A DNA stretch of 64,000 bases from NCBI GenBank assembly GCA_031281585.1, contig JAITFE010000067.1, positions 22,499-86,498 on the forward strand, given 5' to 3'. Origin of the DNA: Bifidobacteriaceae bacterium. GTDB taxonomy: Bacteria > Actinomycetota > Actinomycetes > Actinomycetales > WQXJ01. The notes below the pieces were generated by a model. That model saw nothing but the letters and a program-made list of their open reading frames with translations. It was not told the DNA's origin and did not search any database. Positions 19,839 through 29,310 of the stretch are shown piece after piece (the first letter of the stretch is position 1; each line of letters opens with the position of its first letter). Both the position numbers and the translations under genes were made by a program.

Positions 19839-21491
19839 TCAGGCCGACGGCGGGGCCAAGGTCGCCGCCCGCCGTTTCTTGGGCGGTCCCTGGCCGAGCC
19901 GTCGGCGTTCGCCGGTCAGCCAAGACCAGGCGGGCCCCGTCAAAGCGAAGATTGCGGGCATGGCGAGGTAGCGGTAGCGGGGCTGGACCTCAATGGCGAG
20001 GTGGACCAGGGCGTAGGCGGACACGAACAGGGCCAGGAAGACGGCCAGGCGGCTCCACCGGCGGTCGCGGTTCAGCGCGAACACGCCGGCGGCGGCCAGC
20101 AACACGGCTGGCAGGAACACGCCGCGCTCCAGGAGCACCGAGTAGTGCGCCACCGTGAACAGGTGCTTGTCCGGAATGGCGTAGTAGTCGGCCACGGTCT
20201 TGTAGCTGGGGCCGTACTGGGGCCAGAACTGGAAGGTCGAGGTGTCCTGCCGCGCCCACAGGAGGGAGGACTGGCGGTCGACAACATGGGGCCAGCTATC
20301 CGGGAGGCGGCGCAAGCTTTGCTTCAACAGTTCCCGTGCGATCTTCCGGGCCTCCGGATTGGGGGTGGGCGCGTAGGCGCCAATGGATCCGTAATCGCTG
20401 CCCTCCGGCGGCTGAAGGCCAAGGACGAACTTCCACTCCGGCAAGTTGTTGGCGCTTCCCTCCGGATTGATCCCGGACGCCTTGACCACCAGGTTGGCGC
20501 CGACCCCCACCAGCGCGTAGACCGCCAGGGCGGCGAGGGCCGCCGCGACCGATAAGCCCAGCGGGCGCCACGACTGCCCGGCGTGCCGCCGCATAACCGG
20601 CCACACCACCGAAGTGGCTGCAAGAGCCACGCACACCACGATCCCGGCGGGGCGGGCCAAGTTGCCCAATTCGAGCACCAAGCCGCCCAAGACCACCAGG
20701 GCCCAACCGGCCCACCTGCCTTTCCGCAGGCCCCTGCCGCTCCCGCCGCTCGCCGAACCGGCGGCGGGCGACCCGCCACGGGTGGTCCGCGACGTGATCC
20801 GGCCAACGCCGCACAACACCAGATACGCGCCGAGTATCAGGAGGAAGGCCGACAAATGGTCGTTGGTTAGGACGTTGGCCTCGAGATACGGCCCTGGGTA
20901 GGCCAAGTACAGGCAGCCGGCGAACAGGCCGGCCACGGCGGACCCGGTCAAGCGGCGCGCGAACAGGTAGACCAGGAAGTTGGTGCCCGCCATGGCCAGG
21001 GCACCCACAATCAGCAAGGGGATGATCGAGCCGCCGAACAGCTTCAGCATCACCGCCTCGTAAATGGCGAACGGCGTCTGATAGGCGAAGAAGTGCCAGT
21101 AGGCCAACTCGGTGAAGCTGTGGTCGCCCCGCAGGATCGCCTCCGCCGCCTGGTACATGGTCAAGAAGTCGGACCGCTGCTGGGTCTTCCAGCGCAGGGC
21201 GAAAACGGCCTTGACCGCGAAGAACATGAGGAAGATGGCGGCTGGCGCCACCCACTTGGGGAGGCGCCAGGAGCGCCAGACGGCCAGCGCCCGGCGTCCC
21301 GCGATCCGCCAGAGGCCCGCCGCCGCCAGGCATGCCGCCCCGGCGCCCAACCACCACAGCCCGAAGTCCGCCCGCGATCCGCGTAGGACGGCCACGGCCG
21401 CGATCGCCGCCAGGACGGCGAACGATCCGGCGGCCACGAGCCAACGCGTCAGCCACCCCAGTTTGGTCTCCGCTGGCCGGGTCGGGCTCAT
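19839..21491 (-). CDS. polytopic membrane protein, GT-C (family 39 / ArnT-PMT-like) glycosyltransferase candidate
   Basis: 550 aa with more than 10 predicted TM helices and a loop-rich C-terminal half. The assignment rests on overall architecture only. Confidence 0.55.
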   Translation of the reverse strand: MSPTRPAETKLGWLTRWLVAAGSFAVLAAIAAVAVLRGSRADFGLWWLGAGAACLAAAGLWRIAGRRALAVWRSWRLPKWVAPAAIFLMFFAVKAVFALRWKTQQRSDFLTMYQAAEAILRGDHSFTELAYWHFFAYQTPFAIYEAVMLKLFGGSIIPLLIVGALAMAGTNFLVYLFARRLTGSAVAGLFAGCLYLAYPGPYLEANVLTNDHLSAFLLILGAYLVLCGVGRITSRTTRGGSPAAGSASGGSGRGLRKGRWAGWALVVLGGLVLELGNLARPAGIVVCVALAATSVVWPVMRRHAGQSWRPLGLSVAAALAALAVYALVGVGANLVVKASGINPEGSANNLPEWKFVLGLQPPEGSDYGSIGAYAPTPNPEARKIARELLKQSLRRLPDSWPHVVDRQSSLLWARQDTSTFQFWPQYGPSYKTVADYYAIPDKHLFTVAHYSVLLERGVFLPAVLLAAAGVFALNRDRRWSRLAVFLALFVSAYALVHLAIEVQPRYRYLAMPAIFALTGPAWSWLTGERRRLGQGPPKKRRAATLAPPSA

Positions 21492-21579
21492 GCCTTACCA
21501 CTCCTGTTCCTGTCGCAATTCACAAGCGCCCTGCCAGACGGGCGGGCGTGCGGGCGCATGGCCCCCCAACACCCTAACG

Positions 21580-22611
21580 TCACGCGCCGCCCGTCTGGTC
21601 GTCGCCGTCCGGGCGCGAGGCGCGACTTGGGGTGGCGCCCGAAGGCGCCGGCGCCAATGGTTTGGGCCGTGTGGTCTTGGTGGGCCGCGCGGGGGGTCCA
21701 ACCTGTGAGAGGAGGATTCCGGCCATCATCAGGCAGGCGCCCAGGTAGCCGCGCGGCCCCATGTTCTCATGGAGGATCAGCGCTCCGCCCAGCGCCCCGA
21801 AGACGGCCTCCAACGACATGATCAGGGCGGCGGGCGTGGGCGCGGCATCGCGTTGCGCCAGGACCTGGAAGGTGTAGGCCAACCCGACTGAAATCAGACC
21901 CCCGTAAAGCACGGGGATGAGCGCCAGGTCCAGACCCGCGAACGGCCTGGGGTCCAAAACCAGGGCCAGGAGGGCCGAAGTCAAAGCGCAAAAGCCGAAT
22001 TGCGAACAGGCGAAGCGGAGGGCCGGCAGCCGGCCGGCGTAACGGTCCACCGCGAGGATCTGGACTGCGAAGCAAACCGCCGAGAGCATTGCCAGGCCGT
22101 CGCCCCGCGCAAAGCTGAAGGTGTCGGTGATCGCCACGAAATACAGCCCGACCAGCGCCAGCACAATCCCGGCGACGGTCAGCCAGCGGATCCGCATGCC
22201 GATGAACACTCCGAAGACCGGGACCAGCACCAGGTACAAGCCGGTGACGAACGCGGCGTTGCCGGCGGTGGTGTCCGGCATGGCGGCCTGTTGGAGTCCC
22301 GCCGCCGCCGTCAGCAGGGCGCCGCAGGCCAGGCCGGGCAAGATCACCGGCCGGGTCAGGCGCCGCCGCCGCTCCCGGTCGAAGCGCCGCCGCCGGTCGA
22401 GCGCCATCACCACGCCGCCAATCATGGCCGCCCCGAGCGCGAAGCGGACGGCGTTGAAGGTGAACGGGCCAACGTGGTCCGACCCTTCCTTTTGGGCGGT
22501 GAAGGCCAGCCCCCACAGCATCGCTGCCACCACCAGCATCAAGTTGGCTCGGATCAGGCGGCGGTTAGGCGGCAAGGCTCGGCTTTCTCGGCTGACGGGT
22601 GGATGGTGCAC
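21580..22611 (-). CDS. DMT superfamily (EamA-type) transporter
   Basis: Ten-TM-like hydrophobic protein (MLVVAAMLWGLAFTAQKEG...). The first ~130 codons of ORF 21580..23007 are P/R-rich and overlap ogt, so the start was moved to GTG 22611 (ATG 22539 is also possible). Confidence 0.75.
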   Translation of the reverse strand: MHHPPVSRESRALPPNRRLIRANLMLVVAAMLWGLAFTAQKEGSDHVGPFTFNAVRFALGAAMIGGVVMALDRRRRFDRERRRRLTRPVILPGLACGALLTAAAGLQQAAMPDTTAGNAAFVTGLYLVLVPVFGVFIGMRIRWLTVAGIVLALVGLYFVAITDTFSFARGDGLAMLSAVCFAVQILAVDRYAGRLPALRFACSQFGFCALTSALLALVLDPRPFAGLDLALIPVLYGGLISVGLAYTFQVLAQRDAAPTPAALIMSLEAVFGALGGALILHENMGPRGYLGACLMMAGILLSQVGPPARPTKTTRPKPLAPAPSGATPSRASRPDGDDQTGGA

Positions 22612-22799
22612 GGTCCCGTCGCCGCCTCCCCGCCCACCTCCGGTCGTTGAAGACAGGCGTTGGCCGGCCGCTGGCGGCATTGGGTCAACACAGGGTACTC
22701 CGAACGGGCCCATCCCCGCCGCGCGGGCGTCCAGCGTGCGCTGGCCACGAGAGCGCAAGGCCCCAAAGTCGCCAACCGCGGGCTTCCGCCGGTGGAACA

Positions 22800-23372
22800 A
22801 TGGCGGACGTGACTGCCCCGCCCACCTGGCCCGACGCACGGGCTGACCACCGCGCACCACGGCCAGTGACTCTGGCGGCCGGGTCCTTCGAGTCGCCCAT
22901 CGGCCGCTTGGGACTTTTCGCCACCGAGGCGGGGTTGGCGAAGGTGGCCTTCGAGGCGGAGGAGGCCGACCAGACGGCACGGATGGTGGCGGAACAATTG
23001 GGCGCAACGCCGGTCGACCAGCCGGAGCGGCTCGACCCGGTGAAACGGCAGCTTGAGCAGTACTTCGACCGGGGTCGTCGCATCTTCGACCTAAAGCTCG
23101 ACCTGAGCTTGATCCACGGCTTCACCTTGGCGGTGATCAAACGGCTGAACATACTGCCGTACGGTCGAACCATCTCCTACGGCGACATCGCGAAGGCGGT
23201 TGGCCAACCCGACGCGGCTCGGGCCGTGGGCCGGGCCTGTTCGGCCAATCCCGTGCCGGTCGTGGTCCCCTGCCACCGGGTGGTCCGGGGCGACGGGGCC
23301 GTGGGCGGCTTCGGCGGTGGGATCGAAATCAAGAAGGCGCTGCTCCACCTGGAAGGGGTCAAACTGCAGTGA
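22800..23372 (+). CDS. ogt: methylated-DNA--protein-cysteine methyltransferase
   Basis: Active-site PCHRVV with upstream YGDIAKAVGQPDAARAVGRACSANP. The start was moved to ATG 22800 (MADVTAPP...). Confidence 0.85.
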   Translation: MADVTAPPTWPDARADHRAPRPVTLAAGSFESPIGRLGLFATEAGLAKVAFEAEEADQTARMVAEQLGATPVDQPERLDPVKRQLEQYFDRGRRIFDLKLDLSLIHGFTLAVIKRLNILPYGRTISYGDIAKAVGQPDAARAVGRACSANPVPVVVPCHRVVRGDGAVGGFGGGIEIKKALLHLEGVKLQ

Positions 23373-24358
23373 GCGAACTCGGCTGGGGAATCATGGCGAC
23401 CGGCGGGATCGCCCGGCAATTCGCCAAAGACCTGAAACTGGACGGACACCGGCTGGCGGCCGTCGGATCACGGGACGTCCGCAAGGCCCAAGCGTTCGCC
23501 GACCAGTTCGGGGCCGAACGCGCCCACGGCTCCTACGAGGATTTGGCGGCGGACCCGGCGGTCGACATCGTGTACGTGGCCACCCCCCACACCCACCACC
23601 TGACCGGCGCGCTGACGGCCATCGAAGCGGGCAAACACGTGCTGGTGGAGAAGCCGCTGACGGTCAACGCCGCCGAAGCGCGCGCCCTGGCCAAGGCGGC
23701 CCAGCAGGCCGGCGTCACCGCCATGGAGGCCATGTGGACGCGCTTCCTGCCCCACATGATCCGGTTGCGGGAACTGATCGCCGAAGGCGTGCTGGGCGAA
23801 CTGGAAGGCCTGGTGGCGGACCACACGCAGGCTTTGCCTGACGACCCGCGTCACCGCCTCAACGATCCGGCCCTGGGCGGCGGAGCGCTGCTTGACCTGG
23901 GTGTATACCCCATCTCCTTCGCGTTCGACTTGTTGGGCCGCCCGAGCGGGATCGATGTGAAGTCATCCAGCCTGGGTCCCACAGGCGTTGACAAATCAGT
24001 GGCCGCCGAGTTCGCCTACCCCAGCGGCGCGCGGGCGCTGTGGGTGACCGGATCCGACAACCGCGGCCCAAACGTGGCGGTGGTGCTCGGCTCGCGCGCC
24101 CAGGCCAAACTGGACGCAGTCTGGTACACGCCCACCCAGATGCGGATCTCCACACCGGACGGGAAAGTGGTCGGCGCTTTCGAAGGTGCCACTCCGGGCC
24201 GCGGCATGCAGTTCCAAGCCCGCGAACTGGAGCGCCTGGTCGAAGAGGGCAAGCCGACCAGCGACCTGATGCCGCTGACGCAGTCGATCGCCATCATGGA
24301 GGTAATGGACCAGATCAGGGCTCAGATCGGGGTGCGCTACGCCGCCGATTCGGCGTGA
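23369..24358 (+). CDS. Gfo/Idh/MocA family oxidoreductase
   Basis: 329 aa with N-terminal Rossmann WGIMATGGIARQFAKDL and an EKPLTVN motif. It has a 4-nt overlap with ogt. Confidence 0.85.
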   Translation: MSELGWGIMATGGIARQFAKDLKLDGHRLAAVGSRDVRKAQAFADQFGAERAHGSYEDLAADPAVDIVYVATPHTHHLTGALTAIEAGKHVLVEKPLTVNAAEARALAKAAQQAGVTAMEAMWTRFLPHMIRLRELIAEGVLGELEGLVADHTQALPDDPRHRLNDPALGGGALLDLGVYPISFAFDLLGRPSGIDVKSSSLGPTGVDKSVAAEFAYPSGARALWVTGSDNRGPNVAVVLGSRAQAKLDAVWYTPTQMRISTPDGKVVGAFEGATPGRGMQFQARELERLVEEGKPTSDLMPLTQSIAIMEVMDQIRAQIGVRYAADSA

Positions 24359-24471
24359 GCCGCCAGCTGCCGGAACAACAAGTGGGCGTTGAAGTGCGGC
24401 AAACGGCCCCCTGCCGGACATGACCATGGCAGGGGAACGAACCGAACCGTCCTTCCACGAACGGAGCACTT

Positions 24472-24978
24472 GTGACACAGCCCGGCCCCGCCGCCGGCCA
24501 CGGCCTGGTGGAGCAGTTGTTCGCGGAGCACGCGTCCACCGTGTACCGGTATTGCCGCCTCAGGTTGGAGAAAGACGACGCGCACGATGCCGTCAGCGAG
24601 GTTTTCGTGGTCGCTTTGCGCCGCTGGGATCAGATTCCCGAGGCGCGGGTCGCGTGGTTGCTGGGGGTGGCCCGCCGGGTGGTGGCGAACATGCTCCGCA
24701 GTCGTCGGCGCTCCATCGCGCTGGCGCTGAAACTCGGCTTTGACCGGGGCGACCGGGTGCCGGATGTGGCCGAGTCGGTGGTGGCGTCCGACGCCGCCTA
24801 CAGGGCTCTGGCCCGCCTCAGGGCGCCCGACCGCGAGGTCTTGCTCTTGGCTTTGTCCGGGCCGCTGACCCACATGACTCGGGAACCTATTCGGCGGAAG
24901 GCGGCGAGGCACTGGGTCAGAGCCCCGACGGATCCGCTGGCACAAGCCCTGGGACCGTGTTGGAAGAATACGAGCTGA
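24472..24978 (+). CDS. ECF-type sigma-70 family factor (C-terminal region 4 not recognisable in the called frame)
   Basis: Region 2 is clear (VYRYCRLRL..DAHDAVSEVFVVALRRW). After EVLLLA the expected HTH is absent. The +1 frame reads ...TYSAEGGEALGQSP..., faintly region-4-like, so a frameshift is possible. Confidence 0.6.
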   Translation: MTQPGPAAGHGLVEQLFAEHASTVYRYCRLRLEKDDAHDAVSEVFVVALRRWDQIPEARVAWLLGVARRVVANMLRSRRRSIALALKLGFDRGDRVPDVAESVVASDAAYRALARLRAPDREVLLLALSGPLTHMTREPIRRKAARHWVRAPTDPLAQALGPCWKNTS

Positions 24979-25105
24979 GCGCCGAAGAGGTCCTCGACTA
25001 CATGCGCTCCGGGGGGACCTGGCCTCCGCCAGTGGAGCCAAAATGAGCGGCGCTACTCGGAGGCCGTGACCGGGCGGCTGCCCGGAGCCTCGGCCCGCTC
25101 CCTTG

Positions 25106-25384
25106 TCAGACCCCGGAGTAGCGTTTTCGGACCGCCTCGCCGGTGGTGCCAAGGGCCAGGCCGATCTTGTGCCACGACAAGCCGGCCGCGCGCGCCGAGC
25201 CAACCGCCTGACGCATCACCGACTCGCCCCGCTGGACGTAGAGTTGGCGAGCCGCGGCCGCCTGAGTCAGGCGCAGGTCCGGCGGGAGGTCGTCGCCAGG
25301 CTCGTAAACCGTGGCGGTTGCGGGGTCGAATTCCTCGAACCGCCGCGCCAAGGAGGCTTGCTCTTCAGGCGTGAGGATCGTCAT
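25106..25384 (-). CDS. small HTH-containing protein, antitoxin-like partner
   Basis: 92 aa with a C-terminal HTH-like segment LSWHKIGLALGTTGEAVRKRY. It has a 4-nt overlap with the upstream small gene. Confidence 0.55.
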   Translation of the reverse strand: MTILTPEEQASLARRFEEFDPATATVYEPGDDLPPDLRLTQAAAARQLYVQRGESVMRQAVGSARAAGLSWHKIGLALGTTGEAVRKRYSGV

Positions 25385-25683
25385 GGTCTGGCTCGGCTCC
25401 TTCTTTGGTTGGCTGGCAGGAACTTCTTTCTGGCCGGTCGCATCGCGTGGGCTATGGCGCGCGTGCCGTCGCGCAACGAGACCACGCCGACCTCCATGAG
25501 CCGTCCGGCCGAGTCCGGTCCCACGAACATGGTCATGCCGTCGTCCTGTTTGTACGTCCGAACGGCAAGGGCCACCGCGTGGAGGAGATCAGGGTCTGCG
25601 TATCCGCGTTTGCGGGCGCTCTCCAAAATGAGCAGCGCCCCGACCACTCTCACAACGATAGCTTGGCAACGGAGCCTTGGCAA
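25381..25683 (-). CDS. small conserved protein, toxin-like partner of a two-gene module
   Basis: About 100 aa with the pattern ILESARKRG...HAV...FVGPDSAGRLMEVGVV...AIAHAM.PARKKF. From memory, I have seen this pattern annotated as a toxin component in actinobacteria. The start is uncertain. Confidence 0.5.
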   Translation of the reverse strand: MPRLRCQAIVVRVVGALLILESARKRGYADPDLLHAVALAVRTYKQDDGMTMFVGPDSAGRLMEVGVVSLRDGTRAIAHAMRPARKKFLPANQRRSRARP

Positions 25684-25712
25684 CGGGGCCTTGGCAACCT
25701 GTGGTAGCAGCG

Positions 25713-28094
25713 CTACTCGGTGACTAAGGCGTAGGCCGTGACCCGGCGGACGCCGGCGGCCAGGCCGAGGGCCACGGCCAAGGCGAAGGCCGCCAGCGCG
25801 GCGGCGAGCACGGCCACGGCGGCGGCCGGGGCCGCCATGTCGAGCGAGTAGATGCCGAGCGACCGAAACAGGGCTCCCATCAGGGCGGGGAAGAGGGCCC
25901 AGCCGGCGGCGCAGCCCAGCGCCGTTCCGATGGCGGCCGCCGGCCAGTAGGTCGCGGCCACCTGACGGGCCAACTGCCCGGTGGTGAACCCCAAAGCGCG
26001 TTGGACGCCGAAGGCGGTCCGCTGCCGGCGGATGGCCGTCCCTAGCACGCCGACCAACACCAGCGCCGTGACGGCCGCGGCGACGGCCGCCATCACCCCC
26101 GCCACGCCGGCCATGATGGCGCCGTAGGCCTGCAACTGAGCCTGCCCCTGCTCGCGCAGATTCAACGCGCCCAGCAGTGGCGGCCCCACCAAGTCGCCGT
26201 CCGCGAGCCGCGCCGCGAAGTCCGCCGCCTCAGCCGGGTCCCGCAGGTAGACGCCGATCTGGGTCCAGGGGCGGCCGGGCCAGATTCGCTCCAGTCCGGC
26301 TGTTGTCGCCGCCGTGACCAAGCCCGATTCGTTCATCGTTTGGATCAACCCCGTGACCAGGTAGGAGGCTTCGGTCCCCGCCGCGGCGAGCCGGACCTCG
26401 TCGCCCACGGCCAAGTCGAGGAGTTCGGCGTGCCTGGCGCTGACCGCCACCTCGTTCGGGTGGGCCGGGAACCGGCCCTTGAACACAAGCGTGCCCTCAA
26501 ACTTCGCGAAATCGCCGGTGACCAGCCCAAACGTGAGGTCGCCGTTGAGGCGCAGGCGGACGGTGTTGGAGTATTCGGCGGCTTTGCGGACCTGGGGCAG
26601 GCCCTCCAGTTCCGCCAGCGCGCGCGGCGCGTCGAGCGGGTCGGCGACCTCCGCGATCACGTCGGGGACCTCCCCTCCGACGATCCGGTAGAAGCTGTCC
26701 TGCTCCACGCCGATGCCGTTGTAGGCGGCCAGGGCGGCCGTCGCCATGAAAGCAGCGGGCGCCACCACCAGGGCTATGGTGGCCGATTGCGCCGGGGAGC
26801 GGACCACGGCTTTGAGCGCGAGGGCGAAGGGCAGGCGCGCCCGGACGCGCGCCAGCGGCAACCGGTCGCGCTTGAAGTCGTGGACCTCCAGACCGAACCG
26901 CAACGCGGTGAGCGGCGGCAGCGAGCGCAGCCGCCAGCAAGCCCAGCCCGCCACCGCCGCGGCGACGCCGACGATGCCGCCCGCGCAGGTTCCCCCCGCC
27001 GCCCAGTCGAAGCCGGGCCGCCAGGTCAGCGCCGACTGCGCGCTGAGGGCGTCCGCCAACGCGGGCAGGGCGGCGTGCCCCAGCAGGGTCCCGGCCACCG
27101 CGCCCACCGACGCGATCAGCCCGACCTGTAAAACCAGCCCCGCCGCGAGTTGGCCCGACGTGTACCCCAGCGCTTTGAGCGTGCCGATGTCCGCCATGGA
27201 GTCCTCGATTTGGGCGCGCACCCGAAAACGGATCATGATCAGCGCCACCACGCCCACAATCGCGGCGAAGGCCATGGCGATGGTCGCCAAGATGCTCGCC
27301 ATGAAGACTCTGCCCTGGCGCATCACCTCCCAGTCCGTGACCCGAAGGACGGCCTGGCCGGCGGCGACCGCGTCCATGGCGGCCGGGTTGTCCTCGAGCG
27401 CTTGCGAGGAGTAGTCGGTGGCGATCCGGACGGCATCGGCCTTGTCGGCGAACTGCGCCGTTACCAGTGTGGCGCGCGCGTCCGGAAACTGTTCGGCCAA
27501 CCCGGCGAACGTGTCGGGCGAGACGACCAGGCGGTACCACTGGTTGAGGAGGGAACCGAACATGGCCTCGTCGGCGAACCCGGCCACGGTCAACTCGATC
27601 ACATCCTCGCCCCTGGTCAAGGTGATCGGGTCGCCCACCGCGTAGCCGCCGGCCACCTCGAAGAGGTAGGGGAGGTAGACGCCGCCGGCGCGGAGGTCTT
27701 GGGCGCCGGGCCGCATGTCCACCAAGTCCATGGACCGGTCTTGGGTGGCGGAGACGATCATCACGACCATGGTCAACTCGCCGTCGCCGAACCGGGTCTT
27801 GGCTCCGGCGGCGAACACCGGCTCCGTCTCCACGGCCGTGGCGTCGGGGCGGTCGGCCAACTGGTCGCGGTGGGCGGGGGAGTAGACGGAATCAGACTCC
27901 ATGATCACCACGTGCGGCACGTTGGCTTGGGCCGCCGCCTGGTCGTAGGAGGCGGGGTAGCGGAGCCCCACCACCAGCCCGATGGTCGCCACGGCGGCGG
28001 CCAGCGCCACGAAGGCGAGCAGGACGGCCGCCTGGCCGCGCTTGCGGCGCAGGTCGGCGCGGGCCAGCAGCCAAGCGCGCCGCATGGTCACCAC
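25713..28094 (-). CDS. ABC transporter permease with two FtsX-type modules (BceB/MacB-like)
   Basis: 793 aa with an N-terminal TM, a large extracytoplasmic domain and two 4-TM FtsX-like blocks. It overlaps the upstream ATPase gene by 7 nt. Confidence 0.8.
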   Translation of the reverse strand: MVTMRRAWLLARADLRRKRGQAAVLLAFVALAAAVATIGLVVGLRYPASYDQAAAQANVPHVVIMESDSVYSPAHRDQLADRPDATAVETEPVFAAGAKTRFGDGELTMVVMIVSATQDRSMDLVDMRPGAQDLRAGGVYLPYLFEVAGGYAVGDPITLTRGEDVIELTVAGFADEAMFGSLLNQWYRLVVSPDTFAGLAEQFPDARATLVTAQFADKADAVRIATDYSSQALEDNPAAMDAVAAGQAVLRVTDWEVMRQGRVFMASILATIAMAFAAIVGVVALIMIRFRVRAQIEDSMADIGTLKALGYTSGQLAAGLVLQVGLIASVGAVAGTLLGHAALPALADALSAQSALTWRPGFDWAAGGTCAGGIVGVAAAVAGWACWRLRSLPPLTALRFGLEVHDFKRDRLPLARVRARLPFALALKAVVRSPAQSATIALVVAPAAFMATAALAAYNGIGVEQDSFYRIVGGEVPDVIAEVADPLDAPRALAELEGLPQVRKAAEYSNTVRLRLNGDLTFGLVTGDFAKFEGTLVFKGRFPAHPNEVAVSARHAELLDLAVGDEVRLAAAGTEASYLVTGLIQTMNESGLVTAATTAGLERIWPGRPWTQIGVYLRDPAEAADFAARLADGDLVGPPLLGALNLREQGQAQLQAYGAIMAGVAGVMAAVAAAVTALVLVGVLGTAIRRQRTAFGVQRALGFTTGQLARQVAATYWPAAAIGTALGCAAGWALFPALMGALFRSLGIYSLDMAAPAAAVAVLAAALAAFALAVALGLAAGVRRVTAYALVTE

Positions 28095-28984
28095 CCCTGG
28101 TCGATCAGGAAGGAGCGCAGGGCCTGGGCGCGCGCCGCGTCCGGGCCCGAACCGGGGCGGTGGCCCGAACCGCGGGCGTCGGCGGGGCCGGCCGCCACCG
28201 TTTCCGCCCCGCCAGGCCCACGTGCTGCGTTGGCACCCCCGTGGCCCTCGCCAGCCGGGGCGTTTGCGCCGCCGCTTATCGCGCGCAGGTCCAACTCACC
28301 CGCGATTTGCCCGTCGCTCAGATACAACACGCGGTCGCCGCGGCGGGCGGACTTCAGGTCGTGGGTCACCAGGACCACGCTCTGGCCGCCCTGGTTGGCG
28401 GCCGTCAGGGCGTCCAGCACGGCCGTGCCGGACGTCTGGTCGAGGGCGCCGGTCGGCTCGTCCGCGAAGAGCGCCGCCGGGGAGTTGACCAGCGCGCGGA
28501 CCACGGCGGCGCGCTGGGCTTCGCCGCCGGAGGTTTGGGCGGGGAGCTTGCGCCAGGTCGCCTGGTCAATGCCGACCTGCGCGAACAACTCCTCGGCGCG
28601 CCGCGCCACCGCCGCCCGGTCCTTTGACACGAGCAACCCGGCGGCCATCGCGTTGTCGAACAGGGAGAGCGTCTCCAACAGATGGATCTGCTGAAACACG
28701 AACCCGCAGGCGCGCCGGCGGAACCGGGCCAGCGCGCTCTGCGAGAGCCCGGCCAGCGAGCGGCCCTGGAAGCGCACGTCCCCAAGCGTGGGAGTGTCCA
28801 TGCCGGACAGCGCGTACAACAGCGTGGATTTGCCCGCGCCGGACGCGCCCATGATGACGGTGAAGTCGCCTTGGCGGATCGTCAGGTCCAGGTTTCGCAG
28901 AACGTGCTGCTGCACGCCTTCGCGGGAGAACGTCTTGGAGAGCTTCTCGGTCTCGATCAGGGCTGGGGTGGCCATGCCCTCCAT
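28088..28984 (-). CDS. ABC transporter ATP-binding protein with G/A-rich C-terminal extension
   Basis: Walker A GASGAGKSTL, Walker B LFADEPTGALD and H-loop VLVTHD. A low-complexity tail of about 70 aa follows. Confidence 0.88.
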   Translation of the reverse strand: MEGMATPALIETEKLSKTFSREGVQQHVLRNLDLTIRQGDFTVIMGASGAGKSTLLYALSGMDTPTLGDVRFQGRSLAGLSQSALARFRRRACGFVFQQIHLLETLSLFDNAMAAGLLVSKDRAAVARRAEELFAQVGIDQATWRKLPAQTSGGEAQRAAVVRALVNSPAALFADEPTGALDQTSGTAVLDALTAANQGGQSVVLVTHDLKSARRGDRVLYLSDGQIAGELDLRAISGGANAPAGEGHGGANAARGPGGAETVAAGPADARGSGHRPGSGPDAARAQALRSFLIDQGW

Positions 28985-29046
28985 CCTGCCGCCGCAATCC
29001 TTACGCCGTCCCGGCGCGGCGGCCGCAGCGCCTTACGGAATCCTTA

Positions 29047-29310
29047 CGCGAAACCGACTGCGGGCGGACGGCGTCGGCTGTCAGACGGGGGTTGGGCGCA
29101 AGGCCACCGCGAAGCCGCCTGCGGCGCGGACGGCATCGGCGGTCAGGCGGGTGCCGGGCGCGGCGTCGCCGTGAAACCGGTTGCGCGGCGGACGGCATCG
29201 GCGGTCAAGCGGAGGTTGGGCGCAAGGCCATCGCGATACCGACTGTGGGGCGACGGCATCGGCTGTCAGGCGAGGGCCAGGCGCAACGTCACCGCGAAAC
29301 CGCTGCCTTC
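29047..29310. repeat. 4-5 tandem copies of a 61-62-bp unit derived from the histidine-kinase 3' end
   Basis: Units start at 29047, 29108, 29170, 29232 and 29293 (cgcgaaaccg... / cgcgaagccg... / cgtgaaaccg... / cgcgataccg... / cgcgaaaccg...). The last unit is the real HK C-terminus (GFAVTLRLALA, stop). Each copy read on the minus strand keeps a ..LR.... codon string and a TGA. Confidence 0.9.

Noticed and set aside
24830-25045. Frameshift in the ECF sigma factor's region 4, with the +1 frame reading TYSAEGGEALGQSP...EEYELSAEEVLDYMRSGG.
   Set aside because: The similarity to a region 4.2 HTH is faint and the spacing after EVLLLA does not fit. It is kept only as a note on the feature and needs an HMM alignment or resequencing.
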